A stretch of DNA of 63,372 bases, filler included, from Collodictyon triciliatum (lineage: Eukaryota), in the NCBI GenBank assembly GCA_043381765.1. It is 4 parts of 4 records of this genome, joined end to end, with 100 filler letters (N's around TTAATTAATTAA, not from the genome) between each part and the next. Parts side by side here need not be neighbours in the genome. Positions count along the whole stretch, not along the records: positions 54,994 to 63,372 come from JBHJMP010001454.1; 3 more parts are not named here. One strand, written 5' to 3'. Numbering within the stretch: the first letter of the stretch is position 1; every line of letters starts with the position of its first letter. A program made the translations under genes and the position numbers. Positions 54,894 to 63,372 of the stretch are shown here, piece after piece. A model generated the notes under the pieces. It ran no database searches. It was not told the DNA's origin and was given only the letters and a program-made list of their open reading frames with translations.

Positions 54894-54993
54894 NNNNNNN
54901 NNNNNNNNNNNNNNNNNNNNNNNNNNNNNNNNNNNNNTTAATTAATTAANNNNNNNNNNNNNNNNNNNNNNNNNNNNNNNNNNNNNNNNNNNN
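54894..54993. other. Artificial contig linker
   Basis: N44-TTAATTAATTAA-N44. Confidence 0.98.
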
Positions 54994-55299
54994 TTTTTTT
55001 TCCTTCTTCTTCCTCTCTCCATATATTTTTTTTTATGACACGCAAAGGCGAAAAAATAATATAAAATCAATTTTAAAAAAGAACAACTTGTTCAGTGGTG
55101 TTACTTCCAAAGTGATTTTGCAAGGTCTTTGCTACTATTACAATTATTTATCTTAAATCGTTTGGTGTGGATGTTGCTGGAGAATAATGATGAACAAGGT
55201 CGACAAAAAGGAAACGATTCAACCCAACCAAGCATCAAACACTGACAGCCTACTCATATCATCCATCTCAACAGGAATTCACATACCCAGATATGAAAA

Positions 55300-58200
55300 A
55301 AAAAAGGGCTGACTTGAATATGTTGCAGGCGTCAGAATTGGCATCTGGCGGCCTGACTTTTGATTCCAACACATCTTTTGAATAGTTCTCTGGGATAAGA
55401 AAAAGAACTGGGTCGACACATTATACGATGATTCACTCAGCGACGGCCTCTGCTTTCGACAGGCCGAAATGAGTATGTAACCTCATTATCAGCCTCGTGT
55501 TCGGGTGACTGGTTCGAGTAAGGCGATGTGGAAAAACTAATGCGCGGTGATTGATCTGCAGGCGATACGAATGCTGATGTGTGGCTCTGTCTGCGACTTC
55601 TGCGGTCATCTGGCGGTTCTGTTTGGATACATAGAATATTAGTTTTTTTTTCTTAAGAAGCAGAAAAAATTAGAGCGATATCCAGTGTGATGGAATGATC
55701 AATCGACTGTCATTTAAAGCCGTAAAAAAACAAGTAAAAAAGACTTGGAGAGAAAGCAGGCGGTGTTATAATCTTCACAGGGACGTGCGACAAGCGCCGG
55801 GTGCTGGCAAGCATAGGTGACTCCCGAGGCTGTCAAAAAAAAAAGAAACCAAGATCAAAATCGAAAGAAACCATTTATAATTTGTAATACTTGATGATTT
55901 TTTTTTCAAAAAGAATTAACCACCACTTTGTTGTAACTAGGACTTGATGATATCTCTCGAAGAACAATATTCGCCAGCTTTTGATAGAATGAGGGAACCG
56001 GCTTAATGAACGCACGCCGAAGACTGAATTACGATTTGGATTATGATAATAAATAATGTGATAGTCCAGCAATACCACCAAACCTTTCTGGTTCTTGGGC
56101 GAGAAGTGGCCTGGTTATCAGACTTTACATTGAAGCCCCAACTAATCAAGTCGCTCTCTGATGAAGGAGGAAAAACACCCATGGCTGTACCGTCCTCCGA
56201 AAAAATCCTTGCTTTCCCATCAAAGAATGTGAAGACGATGGCGAACGGATTTTCCACCACAACCATACTATAGATTCACATAAATGAGCGATATATTTAC
56301 CAAATATAAATACAAATATCAGTCTCTATTTGTGGATAATACCAAGTAATCAAATCATCCGATATTGCCCAGTGATGCAAAAGTACGGGAGGCTGACTGA
56401 GTTTAGCTGTTGATAATTGCAGCACAGTGATTTGACACATAAATACTTCTAGTTTGATATATAGACATGTAGAAAATATTATCCGAATTTTGTACCCGCA
56501 TTCGACCGAGAAAAATAATCTTGCCATTTCTTTGAGTTTGAAATCTAATGAGAATCAACAACAATAATTTTCCACTGCAAAGCTTAAAAGGAACCTCCTC
56601 GTTTCGCATAAGCTGCGCGAATATAGAAAATAGGCAACTTACATCCCCTTCTTTTTCAATGACAGATTGGCTTTGTTCAAGACTTGAAATCATTCCGTCG
56701 AAGGAATCCAAAAATGATAAATGCCAGACTCGGAGATAGTTTTTTTCATCAACTTTTTTATATCAAAATATGAGGGCGGCAAATGATTTGTTTACATTTG
56801 GAGTAATTTTGACTTTCATAGTATTATAATAACAATATTTATGCATAGAGGCTAGTAACCTGTAAAAAGTTTGAACTCTGAAGGATGAAATGCCATCTTC
56901 AAAACCGCTACAGGTGTGTTTTCGTAGTTCGTAATATGCTTAACACAATTATTCTTGTTTGACATTGGGTGGGTGGTAAAGAAGCGTATGTTTCCCTAAA
57001 TATAAACATTTACTCGCGAAACCAACTGAGTTTTACACAATATAATGATTTTAATAGATACTAAACCAATGTGAATGGAATATCTAACACTCAATTTCTA
57101 GATATTACAAACATACCATAGAATCACTGGCAACAATAACTGGGGCCGAGCCGAGAAAAGAAATAGCAGTAACTTCCTTTTTTTTTTTTAAGACAAGCAT
57201 TAGAGTAAGGCATAGCTAATCCCACAAAAATAACTGTCGGTAATTATTTTTTTTAACGAGAAGAAAAAGTCTCAAAGTTATATTTTTGAATGTCAGTCCA
57301 ACATGTCTATTTAGATATCTTTTTCTAATCCATGGAATTGAGGTATACTCCATCCATGTGAACAATCCCTTCACATCCATATTTATGTATATCCCACAAA
57401 TATATGCTGCGGTCAGTCGAACCAGAGGCCAATATACCATAGTCATCCAGGAATGCAGCGCAAGTGAGCACACCACTCTGACTAATTAGAGAAAATATGC
57501 ATCAAAACTTAATAAGACGACAAAATTTTCATGCTTAGCGGCTCTGATGGACACAATCCAAAACATCATACCCAGTCATCGCTTTCACAGTAGGATTTCT
57601 TGTCTCATCCGTGTCGATATGAATATTAATAACAGGAGACCGGCCAGAAGAAATCGATACCAAAGCTAAATAGTATCCTCATATGAACAAATTTAATTAC
57701 ACAAGAATCGAGTTACAAAATAGACCTAAAATCAATATGCAAGAATGAAATTAAAGAATATTCCTTAGGACTTTGTGTAAATAACCTTTGACTTTGTTTG
57801 AGTAAGCCAAAAAAATGATTTCGTCAGGATTTGGCACAAATTGTCTGATTAAATTCCCATTTTGATATCCGAATGACTGTGCAAGCAAATGCAAGACAGT
57901 AGAATTCGTTTTAAAAGACCATAAGAGACTTAATTGAAGAAATAGACTATCTTTTTGGTTTCTTTTCAAAGTAAAAAAAAAAAAAAGGTAAATGATAATT
58001 TCGAAATCACTTAAAAGAATGAAAATTTGAAGAGAATTGAAACCCCTCAATAACCTTTATGTATCCGGAATTATCCCCAAGGAAAACCCTTTTTTCTCGG
58101 TAATCAAGACACATGGCAGTGATTTCTGATGCACTTAAATCGTGGTGTGTCTTGAATAAAATGCCAGTGGAGGCATCCCATATCTAATAGGGCACTTTAG

Positions 58201-61200
58201 TTAAAATATGTCCACATTTTTTCATTCATTGTAAATGAATATTTAATCTTTAAGTGCCGACCCTATCTCCATCATACAAACCTTAAGGTCAACGCCCGAA
58301 GCCGAAATGAAAGTCAAAGCGGACGAATTGTACAGAAGGCATGTCATTGGGTGTCCTTCTTCAAATGTTGCCTCGTTATGCTCTTTGTATCTTAAAAGGT
58401 ATAGGAAAGATGAGAAATACAGAAATGTTATGACTATAAACAATTGAATACTTATCCAAAATCAATAACATATCTTAATTTTTATAAAATGAACGGATTT
58501 GAGTGACAAAGAAAAAATACTAAATTAGATTAGTGTGTATTACTGTTAAAGTTTTTTTTTGATAGAAAAATTGACTCACTCGTAAATATTTATCTTGGAG
58601 AAAGTGGAGCAAATAAATTGCGTGGGAGATATCACGGAAAAGCTTGTGAGTTCTTTCATAGACGTTGTATTCATCGTTTGCAGGCATGTAAAAGTTCGTC
58701 TTTGGTGAGGGATGGAGAGAAGTAAAGAATGAACAATATTTCATATTGTTTACTTTCGATATGTATCGCATGTTGACATAGCTGTGTAATAAAAACAAAA
58801 AACAAAAACAAAAAAATTACAATATACTTTGATTTATTTTCAATCTCGAAAATAAATGATCATTTACATGTCCCAAAATTTCACAAATCCCTCCCGATCA
58901 GCAGATAACAACATGTGGGTGTTTGGGATGTATTTTGTGGATACTAATGAGCTTTGGTGGCCTACAGGAGAAAAAGGGAAGAATCAAGTGATAAGTAAAT
59001 TCATATGAGGGTATTTATAATAAACTCTTGTATTTTAGCCAACATCTCCCTCGTCCTGCACAATATTGAAAGGAAGAGTAAGAAAAACTCTTGTATTTTA
59101 TCAACAGACCCTTGAGCTTGGTGACATGCTTTTTTATAAATGGATTCCAAACAAACACATCTTTATCGAAACCCGCCGACATGATGAGCGTGTACGGCTT
59201 TGCAAATGATAGAGAGCATATACCCTAATTACAAATAGTTTGCGTTACTTTTATGAATGATCAAAAAAAAAAAAACGGAGAAAAGAATGCTTATTTCACA
59301 AAGGAATAAATAGATATACTTTTTGGTGTCCATGCAAAGTGGATCGACATGATTTCGAGCCCACATCCCACACACGCACCTTAAGTGATAATGAAGAAGA
59401 ATGAACCATGAGTATTTAGGACGTCGAATATCAACTATTGATAATGTGAAGTAAAAAGTAGCTTTACAACGAAAGCCACGTACTGTTGAGTCAAGACTAC
59501 AGGTCATCAGCATATCTAGGTCATTGTCATAAGTCATATCTGTTATAGAATCTTCATGTCCGGTCAAAATAAATTTATCTGTGAGCTGTGGGTTATATGT
59601 TTGATAATTTTTAGTTGTCTCTAAACTGCATCGAATAATTTGCCTAATCACATTAAACCAGAATTCAGTCACACCGTATTGATATCCCATCCATATATTG
59701 TGCCCGTCGTACTATTTGAATAATAAGCGAATAAATACTCAAACATGATATATTATCCCTAACTCATGGATAACACACCTGCCAGAGAACAGTAGAGATA
59801 TATTTGAATTCCAGTGAAGAGAAGCCTGGGCATTCATGACCTTTATTCTTCTTTTTTGAATCATCCCTGCCAAGTCCCAGAAACCAATTCTACGCAAACA
59901 AATACACGGATAGAGGCATGAATTTTTTTAATTTTTTATTTATTAGAGGCATGTAAAATAAAATAAAAGTGATGAATACAAACAGGGATTGAATAAAATA
60001 AGATACCATTCATATATGAAATTGGCTTTTTAAAACATTATCTAAAGATTACATATTGTTCGAGAGCGAAGTCGCCATCATATTAAATTCTGGGATATGT
60101 TCTGGGAAGAATTTTAGTATTTTGTTAAAATATATATCGAAGCAGGAAATATATAACTGAAATTTCCATTGAAGCAGTTTTACCACATGTGATATAAGAT
60201 GAAGTGTCTTTCAACTTCATTGTATATTGCAAGTGTAATGACTATTTGAAAAAAATTCGTGGATGAGTTTTGAAGCGATTAAATTACGCATTGAAATGCT
60301 GTGTAATGGTTTGATAAAATTAACACACATATAGACCTGAGGATGAAAGAATCGCAGGTTCGAAGATTTCTCGACAGCAAAGACAATAGGAATATGTTGA
60401 AAGTAGAATATCTTCTCAATATTCACAAAATGGTGGTTTTCATCAGATTGGTTAAGTCTACTCCACCCCTGCAATGAGGAAACATAACATATTTAATAAT
60501 CTAATATGAAGGACACTATGAATTTACATACCTTTCGAATCAATTCATCCTCCATAAAGCCTCGATGTTGCACGCCAAGATCAACCATGTAGTTGATAAA
60601 GTCCTGTACCATTTTTTACACATGTTTTGTGTTAACATTTAGCATCAATTTGGAGAAGATTTATGATGGGACTAAACTTAAAATCTTTTGTGTATTATTC
60701 TTGTAAATTGTCAAAATTATTGAATTTATACATTCCATTCAACTTTGTCGTCCTCATCCGAGTCCATCTCGATAAATAAATCACATATCATACCAACTAT
60801 CCGATCCAATCTTTGGCCAGAAGAAATCCTCTTCTTCATGATCGCCACAAACTATAGAATTTTTGGTAAGTTTATTTTCTTGACCCAAAAATTAATGCGC
60901 TTGATGTTGCTTGGACGACGATATATGAATGCATTGTTTTACTATGACGGAAAGCCGGTATGCTGTAGACTGTATTCGACAACTAAAAGATCAAAATGTG
61001 CATTACATCACTGATGGATATTTTTCCGTCTGGATTGTGAAACGATTCAAACTCCTCCATCATACGAACAATCTCATCTTTGGTAAATTCATTGACAATA
61101 TCTTGAATGGTGAACTTCGTATCTGCGGAATATTTATTGATAGATTAGATTGAAGATATATTCGTGATAAAAATTTCTCTAAATAATCGGGCTTTTTTTT

Positions 61201-62065
61201 TTTTTGAGGAATTTGGGTTTTTTTGCTTTATTATTTTTTTGAAAGAAAGCAGACTAATTCAAATGTTCACCTTTGAGTTTCTTTAAAAATCTCTTTTGTG
61301 CATCAGACGGAACAGCTGCACCTTTTAAATCCTTTTCTTACTTTAGAATAATCAAATATATGCTGTCTTGATACTTCCCGTTTTGATTCCTTACCTGAAA
61401 ATGCAGTTTCCTTGAAGGTTTTAAAGCGTCTAGAGAGCTTACTCTTCTTGCACTGATGTTTCCAGGGCTTGAAGGAGAATTCGACAAACTCTTTCTTCCA
61501 GGACTCAGTTTTGGCAAGCGAGGGCTTGATGCAGACAGGTGGTCCTATTTCGATACATAGGATTGTTTCTATTCTCAGCTGGAGAAGATATTTGAAATAA
61601 AATGCATGGCAGCAACAAGACATTTTAACACAAGATAATTGTAAAAAGGACAAAGAAAAGTTAACTGAAGAAGGGAAACTGGTTGAGACGGGGATTTATA
61701 TACAAAAGGAGGGAGTACTAAATATCTGTGTGACTTTGAGATTCTGTCAGTGTGAAGAGAAAAAATACACATTATTATTATTATTATAAACAAAAAAAAA
61801 AAGTAAGAGGGAAAGGAGAGAGTGTTGCGCTAATATTTTACGTGTAAAATACCTGCACTCGAGGGGATGACACGCTTAAGCCTGCAAATCCTGGGTTAGA
61901 AGAAAAGGGAGAGTGGAAGGTAACCAATGAATTTGTTGGCTTTGAAAGAGGCGGGGGGAGTGCACTGATCGCTCCACGCGTTATGAGGGAGAGTCGTCGG
62001 TAAGCAGGACTTTGCGGAGCGGCCACGGATAAATGCGTATCGGTGTCCGCCTCTTCGCTGTCCAT
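55300..62065 (-). CDS. EF-hand + WD40-repeat protein (WDR49/EFCAB8-like architecture), many exons; 3' end approximate
   Basis: EF-hand DLFIEMDSDEDDKVEW; WD40 units GHEDSITDM..TCSLDSTVR|VWD, GHQK|GICSL..SAGFDKDVFVWNP, SADREGFVKFWD, SASGVDLK|IWD, SDRSIYLWD. Confidence 0.75.
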
Positions 62066-62592
62066 GCCTTCGCATAAGTTGGATTAGTATGGTTTCTTTT
62101 TCTTTTACTCCTTCTTTCCTCCCCCTCTTTGCGGTAGTTTTCAGAGTATGTCTTTTTCTTGGGTGTTTATACAGGCGGAAAAGCCTCCCTCGCTTATGAA
62201 TCGCGAGCAGTCATCCATACGTTTGCATTATCCGCTTGGACACCAGTAAAAAAAACCACATACAGAGAAACGGCAAAGATTGACTGAACAATGCAAGTGC
62301 AAGAGATCTCCTACCAAGATACCTTTTTTTCTTCTTTATTCAACTCGACTTTATAGATATGTTTTTGGCTCTATTCTACGCTGCCATATCTGCTTCCTTT
62401 CGCACTGGTGTACTACTTGCAACCGCGCCTTGAACAAAGACGCGCCTTCGAGTAGGTTTTGTGGCTGCGGTGTGTTTGAATGGAGGTGCTCCGGAGTCGT
62501 TGGAGTCACACGGGTTGCTAAAAGGACGCCAGCCGTTTGAAAGAGAGAATTTCCTTGTTTTCTTCTGCCGCATCCTTTCGGGCCTTCTTTGC

Positions 62593-63372
62593 TTTTTTTT
62601 TTTCGTTGTTGTTTAATTCATTCATTTGTCTATCAATGCGAGATGGTGGACACTTTGGCGTTGATTTGCTAGCCTTCGTTTGCATGGAAGCTACTTGGTG
62701 ACTTGGTGGCGGAGAAGCAGTCGGTAATCAGGAGTTACATCTTGCGGTTTGGCCTGTAGCTAGGGTCTTGTGCTTGCATGAGAGAGACAAGGCGAGGTTG
62801 AATATCTTTCTCGGCTTCTTTCCACATGTTTCTTCTCACAGGGTCTGAGTAATAGAGAACGTGCATGTGGCGAAGAAAGCTGTTGAGGAAAGATATTTAT
62901 ATGATGACATTCAGCCTGTTATGACATCATTTATATATTAATATTAATATATAAATGATGTCATGTTATCAGGAATGGGTGGCTGGTTGTTGAGTCTTGC
63001 TTTGCGTGAGTATATGCGTGCTATCCACATAGTCCATAGCAAATGGCCTCGCTTCACTGCCCAGAATGTTTTTGCGTCTGGACGCAGCTGTTGCAGAGGC
63101 AAAAATATCGCCTGGGTTGGGCCAACAGCCGCAGCCGTCTTGAGTGTCAGTCGAACAATCTCACCGGCTGTTTCGTGCAGGTTTTGAGCGAAGGGACATT
63201 GCGCAAATGTGTGCTCAATGGATTCATCACCGTTGCTGCAAAGTGTGCATTGTTGGGAGACTTTGACAGCTTTTGCCGCGCGTGTGCCTATCCATAGCTC
63301 CCTATTGGTGATATTAAGCATTAGAGAGCGGTGATTTGGAAGGACTTGCGGGATTCGTGCTTGTCTCCAGCT
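62593..63372 (-). mobile_element. 3' end of a degenerate non-LTR (L1/Tx1-like) retrotransposon with an A-rich tail
   Basis: zf-RVT-like CTLC...ESIEHTFAQC and LWTMWIAR; frame disruptions; A-run at about 62593-62603 on the minus strand; paralogous to 330-625. Confidence 0.8.

Overview
Intron-rich genomic DNA of a unicellular eukaryote (protist-like, lineage not determinable from sequence alone). The window is four unlinked contigs (1-18242, 18343-36578, 36679-54893, 54994-63372) joined by artificial N44-TTAATTAATTAA-N44 linkers. Recognisable genes: LOG, RAD51, a rhomboid (RBL13-like), RPT3/PSMC4, an LRR/Cys-rich multi-TM receptor, the 3' end of gamma-tubulin, a RING/B-box/coiled-coil (TRIM-like) gene, a myristoylated LRR protein, an ELAPOR/MRH-like fragment, PPIP5K/VIP1, a GAF-PDE, an EF-hand/WD40 protein, and non-LTR retrotransposon fragments. 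The standout is what follows the TRIM-like gene. An apparent ~183-bp satellite (20.7-26.0 kb, 30 units) reads as an array of repeated introns, each pair flanking a variable 3-nt AG|NNN|GT microexon (one codon). It is followed by about 15 further 3-12-nt in-frame microexons and a terminal exon. I infer a single-codon microexon array that could diversify the TRIM C-terminus combinatorially; splicing is predicted from sequence only and needs transcript confirmation.
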